Below the pieces are notes generated by a model that saw only the letters and a list, made by a program, of their open reading frames with translations, had not been told where the DNA came from and made no database searches. A program made the position numbers and the translations under genes. This document shows, in pieces, positions 1 to 9,588 of a stretch of DNA of 64,000 bases. Numbering within the stretch: position 1 is the first letter of the stretch; every line of letters starts with the position of its first letter. Where the stretch lies: positions 115,254-179,253 of the forward strand of contig JBBDRZ010000001.1 of the NCBI GenBank assembly GCA_040905185.1, in the 5' to 3' direction. The DNA comes from Chloroflexota bacterium. GTDB taxonomy: Bacteria; Chloroflexota; Limnocylindria; QHBO01.

Positions 1-1
1 C

Positions 2-1198
2 GGGGAGGAGGGCATTGGCCTGGATCCGGCGATGCTGGGCCAGCGACGTGATGCGGTCGTGGACAAGATCGTCAAGGGCGTCGAGTTCCTGATGAAGAAG
101 AACGCGGTGACCGTCCTCCGCGGCCATGGGGTTCTAACCGGCCCGACCAGCGTCCGCATCGGTGGCGGCGGCTTGGCCGACGTGGAGGCCAGCGCCACCG
201 ATCTGATCCTGGCCACCGGCAGCGCACCCCGGCCTCTGCCCGGGCTGGAGGCCGACCAGGACCGCGTCATCGACTCTGACGAGGCCCTGCGCCGCGACAA
301 CCTGCCCCGGTCGGTGACGATCGTGGGTGCGGGCGCGATCGGGGTCGAGTGGGCCAGCCTGTATGGCGACCTGGGAGCGGAGGTGCGGCTGGTCGAGTTC
401 ATGGATCGCATCGTTCCACTCGAAGATCCCGACATCAGCAAGGAGCTGAGTCGCCTGTTCCGCAGGCGAGGGATGGCGGTCCACGCCGGGTCCACCATCG
501 ATCCCGTGTCGCTGGAGCGGACCGAGACCGGGATTCGGCACGCGATCGTGGCCAACGACGGAAGCGCGCGGACCGATATCGAGACCGAGTGGATCCTGAT
601 CGCCATCGGCCGCCGACCGGTCACCGAGAACATCGGGCTGGAGCAGATCGGCGGCCTGCGGACGGATCGCGGCTTCGTGCTGGTCGATGACCACATGCGC
701 ACCGGCGTCCCGCACCTGTACGCCATCGGCGACATCGTCCCCGGTTACGCGCTGGCCCACGTGGCCAGTCACGAGGCGATCCTCGCGGTCGAGACCATCG
801 CCGGGCTCGATACCCAGCCATTCCGGATGGACCTCATGCCGCGCGTCACCTTCTGCCGGCCCGAGATCGCCAGCGTGGGCCTCAGCGAGGCGGATGCGGC
901 TCAGCAGGGGCTGGCGGTCAAGGTCGGCAGCTTCCCGTTCCGCGCGCTGGGCAAGGCGACCATCGTGGGCGAGGTTGACGGGTTCGCGAAGTTCGTGGCC
1001 CAGGCGGAGACCGGCCGGCTGCTCGGGGCGCATATCATCGGTCCGCATGCCGGCGACCTGCTGGCCGAGCCCACCTTTGCCCGCCTGGTGGAGGGGACGG
1101 CGGAGGAGATCGCCCTGTCGGTGCACGCCCATCCGACTCTGACCGAGGTCCTGGCCGAGGCCGCCCTGGCCGTCGACGGGGCCGCCCTGCACAACTGA
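2..1198 (+). CDS. lpdA: dihydrolipoyl dehydrogenase (E3), 5'-truncated at window edge
   Basis: Frame of ORF 32..1198 stays open back to nt 2. NAD-binding GxGxxG (VTIVGAGAIGVEWA) and the C-terminal interface region (HAHPTLTE) are typical of Lpd. Confidence 0.85.
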   Translation, partial: GEEGIGLDPAMLGQRRDAVVDKIVKGVEFLMKKNAVTVLRGHGVLTGPTSVRIGGGGLADVEASATDLILATGSAPRPLPGLEADQDRVIDSDEALRRDNLPRSVTIVGAGAIGVEWASLYGDLGAEVRLVEFMDRIVPLEDPDISKELSRLFRRRGMAVHAGSTIDPVSLERTETGIRHAIVANDGSARTDIETEWILIAIGRRPVTENIGLEQIGGLRTDRGFVLVDDHMRTGVPHLYAIGDIVPGYALAHVASHEAILAVETIAGLDTQPFRMDLMPRVTFCRPEIASVGLSEADAAQQGLAVKVGSFPFRALGKATIVGEVDGFAKFVAQAETGRLLGAHIIGPHAGDLLAEPTFARLVEGTAEEIALSVHAHPTLTEVLAEAALAVDGAALHN

Positions 1199-1200
1199 CG

Positions 1201-2214
1201 ATGACCGAAATCGACATCCAGACCGCACCCCACCACGCGGTGGGCCTGACCGATGAGGACGTCCTGGCGATGTACCGCCAGATCCTCACCGCCCGGGCCG
1301 TCGACGAACGGATGTGGCTCATGCAGCGGGCGGGCAAGATCGCGTTCGTCATCAGCGTGCAGGGACACGAGGTCGCGCAGGTCGGGGTCAGCTGGCCGCT
1401 CCGCCCACACCACGACTGGATGGCGCCCTACTACCGGTCCATCGCGGCCGCCATGACGTTTGGAATGACGGCCGAGGACATCATCACCGCCCACCTGGCC
1501 AAGGCGGATGACATCTCCTCCGGTGGCCGCCAGATGCCCGGCCACTACGGGGCCGCGCCGCACAACATCCTGAGCGTCAGCTCGCCGGTCGGCACCCAGG
1601 TCCTGCATGCGGTGGGACTGGCGATGGGCGCCTGGGTCCGCGGCGACGACGCGGTGGCCATCACCTACTTCGGGGAGGGCACCGCGAACCAGGGGGAGGT
1701 CCACGAGGCCATGAACTTCGCCGGGGTCCACCGCCTGCCGGTCATCTTCGTGTGCGAGAACAACGGGTACGCCATCAGCGTCCCGCTCGAGCGACAGGTG
1801 GGCGGCGGGTCGGTCGCAGCCCGCGCATCCGGGTACGGCTTCCCCGGGGTCGACGTGGACGGCGGCGACCTGCTGGCCTGTTACGCGGCGGGGGTCGACG
1901 CCCACGAGCGGGCGCGCACCGGCGGCGGCCCAACGCTCATCGAGGCCCACGTCGTGCGGCTCACGAGCCACTCCTCGGACGATGACCAGCGCCGGTACCG
2001 CGACGCCGCGGAAGTTGAAGCGCTCAAGGAGGGCGACCCGATCCCCCGCCTGGCGGCCAGCCTGCGGGAGTGGGGCCTCCTCGACGAGGCAGCGGACGAG
2101 GCGCTGCGGGCGGGCGTCAAGGCCCACGTGGCCGAATCGGCGGCGCGGGCCGAAGCCCACCCCGAACCCGATCCGGCAGACATCCTGCGCCACGTGTACG
2201 CGGACGGATCGTGA
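1201..2214 (+). CDS. 2-oxoacid (pyruvate/branched-chain/acetoin) dehydrogenase E1 alpha subunit, TPP-dependent
   Basis: 337 aa. TPP-binding motif region GEGTANQGEVHEAMNFA..., RLPVIFVCENNGYAIS. Starts 2 nt after the lpd stop. Confidence 0.85.
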   Translation: MTEIDIQTAPHHAVGLTDEDVLAMYRQILTARAVDERMWLMQRAGKIAFVISVQGHEVAQVGVSWPLRPHHDWMAPYYRSIAAAMTFGMTAEDIITAHLAKADDISSGGRQMPGHYGAAPHNILSVSSPVGTQVLHAVGLAMGAWVRGDDAVAITYFGEGTANQGEVHEAMNFAGVHRLPVIFVCENNGYAISVPLERQVGGGSVAARASGYGFPGVDVDGGDLLACYAAGVDAHERARTGGGPTLIEAHVVRLTSHSSDDDQRRYRDAAEVEALKEGDPIPRLAASLREWGLLDEAADEALRAGVKAHVAESAARAEAHPEPDPADILRHVYADGS

Positions 2215-2215
2215 C

Positions 2216-3202
2216 ATGGCCGAGCTGAACATCCTGGAGGCCATCCGGCGGGCAATGGACGAGGAGCTGGCTGCCGACGAGCGGGTCATGGTCCTTGGCG
2301 AGGACGTGGGCCGCAAGGGTGGCGTCTTTGGCGCCACCGAGGGGCTGTGGGCCAAGTACGGGGACAAGCGCGTCCTCGATACGCCCCTCAGCGAGGGCCT
2401 CATCGCCGGCGCGGCCATGGGGGCCGCCCTGTACGGCCTGCGGCCCATCGCCGAGATGCAGTTCGCCGACTTCGTGTATCCCGGCTTCAACCAGATCGTG
2501 AGCGAGATCGCGCGGATGCGGTTCCGGTCGAACGGTGCGTTTGGGGTACCGATGGTCATCCGCATGCCGTACGGCGGCGGGGTCCACGGCGCGCTGTACC
2601 ACAGCCAGTCGAACGAGGGCTACTTCACCGCGACGGTGGGCCTGAAGGTGGTCGCGCCGGGCACCCCTGCCGATGCCTACGGGATGCTGAAGGCCGCCAT
2701 CCGCGACCCCGATCCAGTCCTGTTCTTCGAGCACAAGAAGACGTATCGCTTATTCAAGGCGGAGGTGCCCGATGACGGTGACGGGCTGGTCCCCATTGGA
2801 CCGGCGGCGGTCGTGCGACCCGGGTCGGACCTGTCGATCTTCTGCTACGGCTACATGCGCTACTGCGCCCTCGAGGCGGCCGAGACGCTGGCCCGCGAGG
2901 GGGTGGAGGCCGAGGTGGTCGACCTGCGGACGCTGCGCCCGCTCGACACGGAGGCGGTGCTGGCCTCAGTGGAGCGCACCGGGCGGGCCCTGGTGGTGCA
3001 CGAGGCAAACCAATTCGGGGGCTTTGGGGGCGAGGTGGCGGCGATCATCGCCGAGCAGGGCTTCGAGCACCTGGACGCGCCGGTGACCCGCCTGGCCGGG
3101 CCCGAGGTGCCTGCCGTGCCGTACCACCACGACCTCGAGGAGTGGTTCATGGTCAACCCGGAGCGCATCGTCGAGGCGGCCCGGACGCTGGCCGCCTACT
3201 GA
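2216..3202 (+). CDS. 2-oxoacid dehydrogenase E1 beta subunit
   Basis: Internal ATG at 2216 (MAELNILEAIRRAMDEE...) inside the longer ORF 1982..3202, overlapping the E1alpha stop. Transketolase-like pyrimidine-binding and C-terminal domains. Confidence 0.85.
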   Translation: MAELNILEAIRRAMDEELAADERVMVLGEDVGRKGGVFGATEGLWAKYGDKRVLDTPLSEGLIAGAAMGAALYGLRPIAEMQFADFVYPGFNQIVSEIARMRFRSNGAFGVPMVIRMPYGGGVHGALYHSQSNEGYFTATVGLKVVAPGTPADAYGMLKAAIRDPDPVLFFEHKKTYRLFKAEVPDDGDGLVPIGPAAVVRPGSDLSIFCYGYMRYCALEAAETLAREGVEAEVVDLRTLRPLDTEAVLASVERTGRALVVHEANQFGGFGGEVAAIIAEQGFEHLDAPVTRLAGPEVPAVPYHHDLEEWFMVNPERIVEAARTLAAY

Positions 3203-3223
3203 ATCGGCTAGTCTTCTGCACCG

Positions 3224-4825
3224 ATGTCGACGACGATCAAGATGCCCCAGCTCGGCGAGTCGGTGACCGAGGGCACAATCGAGCGCTGGCTCGTCAAAGT
3301 GGGCGACTCGGTCGCGCAATACGACCCGCTGTTCGAGGTCGTGACCGACAAGGTCAATGCCGAGGTCCCGGCCGAGGTCGGCGGGGTGGTGACCAGCATT
3401 CTGGTCCCCGACGGTGAGACGGTGAAGGTCGGAACGCCGCTGGCCGAGATCGCCGAGGACGGCGAAGTCCCCGCGACGGCTGACACGCCGGGTGACGCGA
3501 CGGCACCGATCGCGGCGACCGAGGTCGAACTGGAGGCCCCGCCCGATGTAGGAGCGGAACCAGCTGCCGAGGCCGAACCTGCGAATGAGCCTGAGCCGGC
3601 GGTCGCCGAAGCCCCAGCGGAACCGGAGCCGGTTGCGGCGGAGCCTGAGCCGGTTGCGAAGGGCCCGGAGCCGGTTGCGGAGGGCCCGGAGCCGGCGGAA
3701 GCGGTCATGGAGCCCGTTGGCGCGGAGTCCGCTGACACCGTCCCTGGTGACGCCGCCATGCGGATGACGCCCGCCGTTCGTCGCCTCGTGCGCGAGCACG
3801 ACCTTGACGTCGCCCAGATCTCCGGTACGGGGGCAGGCGGCCGCGTCACGCGCGACGACGTTCTCGCTTTCGTGGCCGCCCAGCGGGCCGCGCCGTCAGC
3901 GCCGGTGGCTGAGCCAGCTCCCACTCCTGAGGTTGCACAACCGCCCCAGGCGCCTCCGTCGGAGCCGGCGCCTGCACCCATGCCCGAGGCACCAGCAGCA
4001 CCAGCGGCACCAGCGCCGCCACCAGCGTCAGTTGTCGCTGCGCTGCCGGCTCCCCCATCTGCCCCTGCCCCGGCACCCGCCGCTCCGGCACCAGAGCCAA
4101 TTCCGGCCCCGACCAGCGGCGACGTCGAGTGGCCGATGAGCCAGATGCGGAAAAGCATCGCCGCCAAGATGACGCAGGTCAAGCAGACCGTCCCCCACGC
4201 GTACACCGTGGTTGAGGTCGACATGACCAACGTCGTTCGGTGGCGGGAGGCGAACAACGAGGCCTACAAGGCGCGCGAGGCGATCGGCATCAGCTACGTC
4301 GCGGTGGTGATCAAAGCCGTGACCGAAGCCCTTCGCCAGCATCCGACCTTGAACAGCCAGTTCGCCGGGGATCGGATCATCCTCAAGCATCGGACCAACA
4401 TCGGGATCGCGGTCGCGGTCGAAAACGGGCTGGTGGTGCCGGTCATCCAGGATGCCGACCAGCTGTCGGTCAGCGGGGTCAACCGCCGCGTCCAGGACCT
4501 GGCGGCGCGCGCCCGCGCCAATCGGCTCAAGCTGGATGAGATCCAGGGCGGGACGTTTACCGTCAATAACACCGGCTGGTTCGGGTCGGTCTCATCCATG
4601 CCGATCATCAACGCGCCGGAGGTGGCCATCCTGTCCATGGAGGCCATCGTCAAACGGCCGCGGGTCATCGAGGTTGACGGCGCGGACGTCATCGCGGTCC
4701 GGCACTTGATGAACATGACCTGCTCGTTCGATCACCGGGTCCTGGACGGGGCCCAGGTGGGCTACTTCTTGGCCGACGTGCGCAAGCGCCTCGAGGGCTG
4801 GGACGCGGAGACTTCGCTGGCCTAG
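3224..4825 (+). CDS. dihydrolipoamide acyltransferase (E2): lipoyl domain, E3-binding domain, catalytic domain
   Basis: Lipoyl-lysine motif EVVTDKVNAEVPA; PSBD (AMRMTPAVRRLVREHDLDVAQISGTGAGGRVTRDDV); catalytic DHRVLDG. Long Ala/Pro/Glu linkers. Confidence 0.85.
   Translation: MSTTIKMPQLGESVTEGTIERWLVKVGDSVAQYDPLFEVVTDKVNAEVPAEVGGVVTSILVPDGETVKVGTPLAEIAEDGEVPATADTPGDATAPIAATEVELEAPPDVGAEPAAEAEPANEPEPAVAEAPAEPEPVAAEPEPVAKGPEPVAEGPEPAEAVMEPVGAESADTVPGDAAMRMTPAVRRLVREHDLDVAQISGTGAGGRVTRDDVLAFVAAQRAAPSAPVAEPAPTPEVAQPPQAPPSEPAPAPMPEAPAAPAAPAPPPASVVAALPAPPSAPAPAPAAPAPEPIPAPTSGDVEWPMSQMRKSIAAKMTQVKQTVPHAYTVVEVDMTNVVRWREANNEAYKAREAIGISYVAVVIKAVTEALRQHPTLNSQFAGDRIILKHRTNIGIAVAVENGLVVPVIQDADQLSVSGVNRRVQDLAARARANRLKLDEIQGGTFTVNNTGWFGSVSSMPIINAPEVAILSMEAIVKRPRVIEVDGADVIAVRHLMNMTCSFDHRVLDGAQVGYFLADVRKRLEGWDAETSLA
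3590..3700 (+). repeat. imperfect tandem repeats (units gagccggttgcg / gggcccggagccgg) encoding the EPEPVA linker of E2
   Basis: Seen directly: repeated ...gagccggttgcg... units that translate to EPEPVAAEPEPVAKGPEPVAEGPEP. Confidence 0.6.
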
Positions 4826-5781
4826 GTCTGGGCTGGTCGCCTCCGTCGCCGGCGCGCGGCGAGCGGTTCCCCGCTCATGCGCCGCACGGCGGGGATCCAG
4901 GCCAACGCCCCAAGTGCCTGCACCGCGATCCATAGCAGGACGAGGAGCCCGGGCACGCCCACCACGGCGCCCGGCACGAACCAGACCAGCGGCGCATCCA
5001 GCAAGGCGAAGACATCGGTGCCGAGGCCAATCAATCCGGTATCCGCCCCGCTCAGTTCTGCGATCCGTCCGACGGAGGCCGCGCCGTCGGTTGGCGCAGA
5101 TGGACCTGCCGCCGCGACTGGCTGGGGCGTGGGGCTTGGGCGTGGCGTCGAGGTGGGCGCGGGTGTGGCGGTGGCCGTCGGGTCAGGGCGGGGAGTCAGG
5201 AGCGGCGGCAGCGTCGGGATCGGAGTGGAGAGGGGCGGGAGCGTCGGGATCGGTGTCGAGAGGGGCGGCAGCGTCGGGATTGGCGTTGGGACGGGCGTCG
5301 GTTCGAGCGCCGCCGCCACCACGACCGTCACCGGCGCCCCGTCGTAGGCAGTTCCCGTGCACTGATTGGTGACGTGGACGTGGTTGCTCCAGTTCCAAGT
5401 CCCCGCCTGGGTGGGCAGCAGCTGGATATCGAAGCTCACCGACTCCAGGGGATCGAGGAAGTCGATCCCGGATACGGAGGTGACCTCGACCCAGGCCCCG
5501 ACGACCGCGGCGACCCAGCTCGACCCGTCCGACGCCACCACGTTGCCGGCGGCCTGGATCACGAAGCTGCTGGGAATCTCGACGTTGACGCATCCGGCGG
5601 GAGGCCCGGCCAGGTTGAGGGCCAGCATGTGGAAGGTCGTGGACTGGCCCGCGGTGGCAACCAGTGGCGAGGCCGTGAGCGTCCACAGGCTCACCGCGCG
5701 GACGGCGCCTACCGTGCCGAGGGTCAGGATGGCGACCGCGAGCGCGGTCAGGACCCCCCGTCGCATGCTCACGGCATCCAC
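4822..5781 (-). CDS. hypothetical secreted/membrane-anchored protein with Pro/Thr-rich tandem repeats
   Basis: 319 aa with N-terminal signal-like segment and a C-terminal hydrophobic helix followed by RRRRRR. Three TPIPTLPPLS repeats. Start overlaps the upstream GGDEF/HD-GYP gene by 13 nt. Confidence 0.5.
   Translation of the reverse strand: MDAVSMRRGVLTALAVAILTLGTVGAVRAVSLWTLTASPLVATAGQSTTFHMLALNLAGPPAGCVNVEIPSSFVIQAAGNVVASDGSSWVAAVVGAWVEVTSVSGIDFLDPLESVSFDIQLLPTQAGTWNWSNHVHVTNQCTGTAYDGAPVTVVVAAALEPTPVPTPIPTLPPLSTPIPTLPPLSTPIPTLPPLLTPRPDPTATATPAPTSTPRPSPTPQPVAAAGPSAPTDGAASVGRIAELSGADTGLIGLGTDVFALLDAPLVWFVPGAVVGVPGLLVLLWIAVQALGALAWIPAVRRMSGEPLAARRRRRRPAQT
5200..5290. repeat. 30-bp tandem repeat x about 3 (cggNgtNgagaggggcggNagcgtcgggat) inside CDS 4822..5781
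   Basis: Direct inspection of lines 5161-5290. Encodes the TPIPTLPPLS repeats on the minus strand. Confidence 0.7.
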
Positions 5782-7619
5782 AGGGCGGGACGCCAGATAC
5801 CGGGCGCTCGGTCGGCCGGCAACGGCGCGTCTGGAGCCGTCTCCATCCCCGTGATGAATGCGACCACGAGGTCCTCTTCGAGCTGCCGGCCCGCGGCATC
5901 ACCCAGCCGCTTGAGCGCCTCCTCGACCGGCAGCGCCTTGCGGTACGGGCGGCTGGTGGTCATGGCCGAGAAGGCATCGGCCACCGCCAGGATGCGCCCG
6001 ATGACGGGAATCGCTTCGCCTTCCAGGCCGTCAAGATAGCCACGACCATCCCAACGCTCGTGGTGGTGCCGGATCCCGGCACGAACCAGGTCGACGTTCG
6101 GGATATCTCGGACGATGGCATCGCCCAGGGCTACATGCTGCTGGAAGATGCGCACCTCGTCCGCGGTCAGCCGACTGGGCTTGCGGAGGAGGTGATCGGG
6201 AATCCCGATCTTGCCCACGTCGTGGAGCAGACCCGCGAGCTGGATCGTGCGCCGCAGGTCCGGATTGAGGCCCAGCCGGCCGGCAAGGAAGACGGCATAG
6301 CGGGCCACGTCCTCGGAGTGACGCTTGGTGTATCGGTCCTTGGAGTCGACCGCGATGATCAGGCCCTGCAGCACATCAAAGCTGCCCGACACGATCTTCT
6401 CCTGCTCGTCGCTGATGGACGCGACGCATACCGCATCCCCACCGCTGGTCCGGGCTTCGCCGACGGCCACCGCCACCGCCGACAGGAGCCCGGTGACCGA
6501 ATCGGCGTGGTTGGGGTACAGGCAGACGCCGGCACTGACGGTGACCGGAAGCTGCTCCGAGTTCCCGAACTGGACGCTGACATCAGCCAGCGCCGATCGG
6601 ATGCGGTTCACGGCGGCCTCGACCTCGGCGCTCGCCGCGCCGGGGAGGACGAGAAGGAACTCATCCGGGCCGTAACGGGCGACCGCATCGTCGCCTCCCG
6701 CCTCGGACTCGACCAGGTCGGCCACCCGCAGCAGGACCTCATCGGCCGCCTCGTGGCCGTGGGTGTCGTTGAAGAGCCGGAAGTTGTCAATGTCGATCAG
6801 CGCCACGCCGAACCGGCCGGCGCCTGCCCGGGCCGCCTCCACCGCCTCGGCCAGGAGGTTGACCACCGCGCCGTGATTCAGCAGGCCGGTCAATGGGTCA
6901 CGCCGCTCGGCATCGATCAGCTCGGCCTGTTGCCGGGTGATCCGCCGCTGGGCGGCGCGGAATACGCCGAACAGGATCAACGCCAGGACCAGCGCCGCGC
7001 CAAGGGTCACGAGGACGATGTCCCGCCGGGCGGCCTCGAGGCTGGCCATCAGCGGAGCGGCATCTCGCCACATCGCGATCACGGCGAGGGGCTCGCCGGC
7101 GTCCGACGTGAGCGGCAGGTACTCCTGGACCACCTGCTCGGCGCCAAACCCGGCCGAACCGGCGTCCATGGCTTCGTTGCCGGGGAGGACATTCACCGCC
7201 GGCTGTCCATTGAGCGCCATCTGCATGGAGGCCGATACGTCTGGCTTATCTCCACGCACACCGGCGGCGGTGCTGGCCAGGATCGTGCCGTCGGTCGCGC
7301 GCAGGTCGATCCGGAGGATCTCGTCTTCGGCAATGAGGGTCGCCAGCTTGGCCTCGAGCGCGGCGGCCGAGGCCCGGGTTGGTCCATCGCTGTCGACGTC
7401 TTCCTGGCTGACGTTGCCGTTGACGAACAGCGCGACCAACGCCCGATCACGGGCCACTGCAGCATTGACCGTCGCACTCGACAGGTGGGTGCCGGTGACG
7501 GTCACCAGGGCGGTGGCGGTGACGCCGACGAGCACCAGGAACACGCCGTAGACGAGTGCCAGCAGCATCGGTCGACGTGGGGTACCCGATCGGCGGCGGG
7601 GCAGGCGCGGGTGCCACAT
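5769..7619 (-). CDS. membrane sensor protein with degenerate GGDEF (GPDEF) domain fused to an HD-GYP-type phosphodiesterase domain
   Basis: 616 aa. N-terminal TM plus periplasmic-like region; GGDEF-fold segment RDPLTGLLNH...ARYGPDEFLLVL; HD-GYP segment LLHDVGKIGIP...HHERWDGRGYLDGL. Confidence 0.8.
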   Translation of the reverse strand: MWHPRLPRRRSGTPRRPMLLALVYGVFLVLVGVTATALVTVTGTHLSSATVNAAVARDRALVALFVNGNVSQEDVDSDGPTRASAAALEAKLATLIAEDEILRIDLRATDGTILASTAAGVRGDKPDVSASMQMALNGQPAVNVLPGNEAMDAGSAGFGAEQVVQEYLPLTSDAGEPLAVIAMWRDAAPLMASLEAARRDIVLVTLGAALVLALILFGVFRAAQRRITRQQAELIDAERRDPLTGLLNHGAVVNLLAEAVEAARAGAGRFGVALIDIDNFRLFNDTHGHEAADEVLLRVADLVESEAGGDDAVARYGPDEFLLVLPGAASAEVEAAVNRIRSALADVSVQFGNSEQLPVTVSAGVCLYPNHADSVTGLLSAVAVAVGEARTSGGDAVCVASISDEQEKIVSGSFDVLQGLIIAVDSKDRYTKRHSEDVARYAVFLAGRLGLNPDLRRTIQLAGLLHDVGKIGIPDHLLRKPSRLTADEVRIFQQHVALGDAIVRDIPNVDLVRAGIRHHHERWDGRGYLDGLEGEAIPVIGRILAVADAFSAMTTSRPYRKALPVEEALKRLGDAAGRQLEEDLVVAFITGMETAPDAPLPADRAPGIWRPALWMP

Positions 7620-7757
7620 GTCGAGGACCGTACGCAGAGGCTGATCTCGCGTCGATAGGATATTTCGACCCCCGGCCGGAGAGCAGCGCGCACGCGGCGC
7701 AGCGGGCCGCGGACCGCCCAGTACTGATTGGGACTTTCGTACCTGGCCGAGGTCAGA

Positions 7758-8006
7758 CTAGTCGGCCGGACGGTGCTCCCGGTAGGCAGCCATGAGGCGC
7801 TCCGCATCGCCCGGCGCGAGGTAGCGCACGGCCTCGCGCATCGTCACGCCTGATGCCCGGTTCGTCCGAGGCGCCAGCCAGGTCGCCACCTCGGTCGGAC
7901 GGCGCTTGCCGATCGCGCGCCATGCAGATTCGATCTCAGACGCCACGGCAGCAGCATCGATGGCCACGCCGTCGAGTCTATCGTCCTGCCTTCGGTAGAC
8001 TGGCAC
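7758..8006 (-). CDS. hypothetical small protein (82 aa), uncertain
   Basis: ORF track only. Mixed codon usage. Its start abuts the longest-possible lipA start, so at most one of the two start assignments can be right. Confidence 0.25.
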   Translation of the reverse strand: MPVYRRQDDRLDGVAIDAAAVASEIESAWRAIGKRRPTEVATWLAPRTNRASGVTMREAVRYLAPGDAERLMAAYREHRPAD

Positions 8007-8008
8007 CC

Positions 8009-9043
8009 ATGTCTCGCGATTTCTCGGACCTGGGCGAGCTGTCGGTCCTGGGCCAGCCCGCCGGTCACGCCGGCCCGTCGGCGGTCATGTACCCCGGTGG
8101 CCCAGACCTGAACAGCGGCATGCCCGCCCCCGGCGAGGCGATCCCCGAGAATGCGGGCCCCGGTGGTCGGCGGCCCGAGTGGCTCAAGGTCCGCCTCGGC
8201 GCCGGGGAGACGTACGCCGGTCTGCGCCGGCTGCTGCGGGACGGGGCGCTCCATACCGTGTGCGAGGAGGCCCGGTGCCCGAACCAGGGGGAGTGCTGGA
8301 CCCTGGGCACGGCCACCTTCATGGTGCTGGGCAGCGTCTGCACCCGGAACTGCGGGTTCTGCGCCATCGAGACCGGACGCCCACGCGAGACGGACCTCGA
8401 TGAGCCGCGTCGGGTGGCGGAGGCCGCGCGGCGCATGGGCCTGCGGCACGCGGTCATCACCATGGTTGCCCGTGACGACCTGCCCGACGGCGGAGCTGGG
8501 ATCGTGGCCGAGACGGTGCGCCACATCCGCCTCGCCTGCCCGGGCACCAGCATCGAGGTCCTGATCTCCGACCTGAACGGGCGCGAGGCCGACATCCGGA
8601 CCGTGGTCGAGGCCCAGCCCGAGATCCTGAACCACAACGTCGAGACGGTCCCGCGTCTGCAGCGACCGGTCCGCCGGCGGGCCCGATGGGATCGCAGCGT
8701 GGGGGTGCTCACCACCGGCCGCCGGCTGGCGGCCGACATCGGTCATCAGATGACCACCAAGACCGGGCTCATGGTCGGCCTGGGAGAAACGTGGGACGAG
8801 GTCACCCAGGCCATGGGCCTGTTGCGCGAGGCCCGGATCGACGTACTGACCATCGGCCAATACCTGCGCCCCAGCCGGTCCCATCTGCCGCTGGTCAAGT
8901 ACTACACACCGGCCGAGTTCATGGCGCTGCGCCGGATCGGGTTGGACATGGGATTCGCCCACGTCCAATCCGGGCCGTTGGTGCGATCCAGCTACCACGC
9001 CGCCGAACAGGTCCCGGGCGGCGACCTGGCGGCCGCCGTCTGA
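8009..9043 (+). CDS. lipA: lipoyl synthase (radical SAM)
   Basis: RPEWLKVRLG...LHTVCEEARCPNQGECW...CTRNCGFC (CxxxCxxC) plus conserved LipA core. ATG at 8009 inside ORF 7853..9043; an alternative start at 8087 (MYPGG) would give a more typical N-terminal length. Confidence 0.85.
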   Translation: MSRDFSDLGELSVLGQPAGHAGPSAVMYPGGPDLNSGMPAPGEAIPENAGPGGRRPEWLKVRLGAGETYAGLRRLLRDGALHTVCEEARCPNQGECWTLGTATFMVLGSVCTRNCGFCAIETGRPRETDLDEPRRVAEAARRMGLRHAVITMVARDDLPDGGAGIVAETVRHIRLACPGTSIEVLISDLNGREADIRTVVEAQPEILNHNVETVPRLQRPVRRRARWDRSVGVLTTGRRLAADIGHQMTTKTGLMVGLGETWDEVTQAMGLLREARIDVLTIGQYLRPSRSHLPLVKYYTPAEFMALRRIGLDMGFAHVQSGPLVRSSYHAAEQVPGGDLAAAV

Positions 9044-9051
9044 GCTGACCG

Positions 9052-9585
9052 ATGCGGAAGCACGTCGAAATCTTCGCGGGACGGCTGGCGATCACGCATC
9101 GCCAGCTCCTCGACGCCGCAGAGGCGTGCACCGATGACGACCTGTCGTGGCACCCCGGCCCCACCTCACCGCCGATCGCGTTCCACCTGTGGCACGCCGG
9201 CCGATGGGCCGATCGCTGGGCGGAGACCGTCGGCGGCGCCCCGCAACGGTGGGTGCGCGAGGGGCTGACGGCCAAGTGGGGCTTCCCCGCAGCGCAGGGC
9301 CAGGGCGACACCGGGATGCTGCTGCCCGACGACGAGGCCGCAGCGCTTCCGTTCCCGCGCCGCGACCAGCTCACGACGTATCTCCGTGGGGCCTTCAACG
9401 ACCTTGAACAAGCGGTTGGAGCGCTCGACGACGAGACGATCCTGGTGCCCGGCGACGACCTCCTCGGCAAGCGGGCCCCGCTGGCGGACTCGTTGACCCG
9501 ACACCTCGCGCACGTCAACCGCCACCTGGGGATGGTCGAGGCCCTGCGCGGGCTCCGGGGCGGCCACGGCACGGCGACGGTCTGA
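9052..9585 (+). CDS. DinB/YfiT-like (DinB_2) family protein
   Basis: 177 aa. HLWHAGRWADRW...HLAHVNRHLG histidine pattern of the DinB-like four-helix-bundle superfamily. Confidence 0.65.
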   Translation: MRKHVEIFAGRLAITHRQLLDAAEACTDDDLSWHPGPTSPPIAFHLWHAGRWADRWAETVGGAPQRWVREGLTAKWGFPAAQGQGDTGMLLPDDEAAALPFPRRDQLTTYLRGAFNDLEQAVGALDDETILVPGDDLLGKRAPLADSLTRHLAHVNRHLGMVEALRGLRGGHGTATV

Positions 9586-9588
9586 CTC

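Noticed and set aside
134-4257. Long reverse-strand ORFs overlapping lpd/E1/E2 (for example 134..1228, 901..2565, 2966..3799, 3208..4257)
   Set aside because: Antisense shadow ORFs typical of 70% GC DNA. They translate to Arg/Ala/Gly-rich low-complexity sequence, while the sense strand has unmistakable Lpd/E1/E2 motifs.
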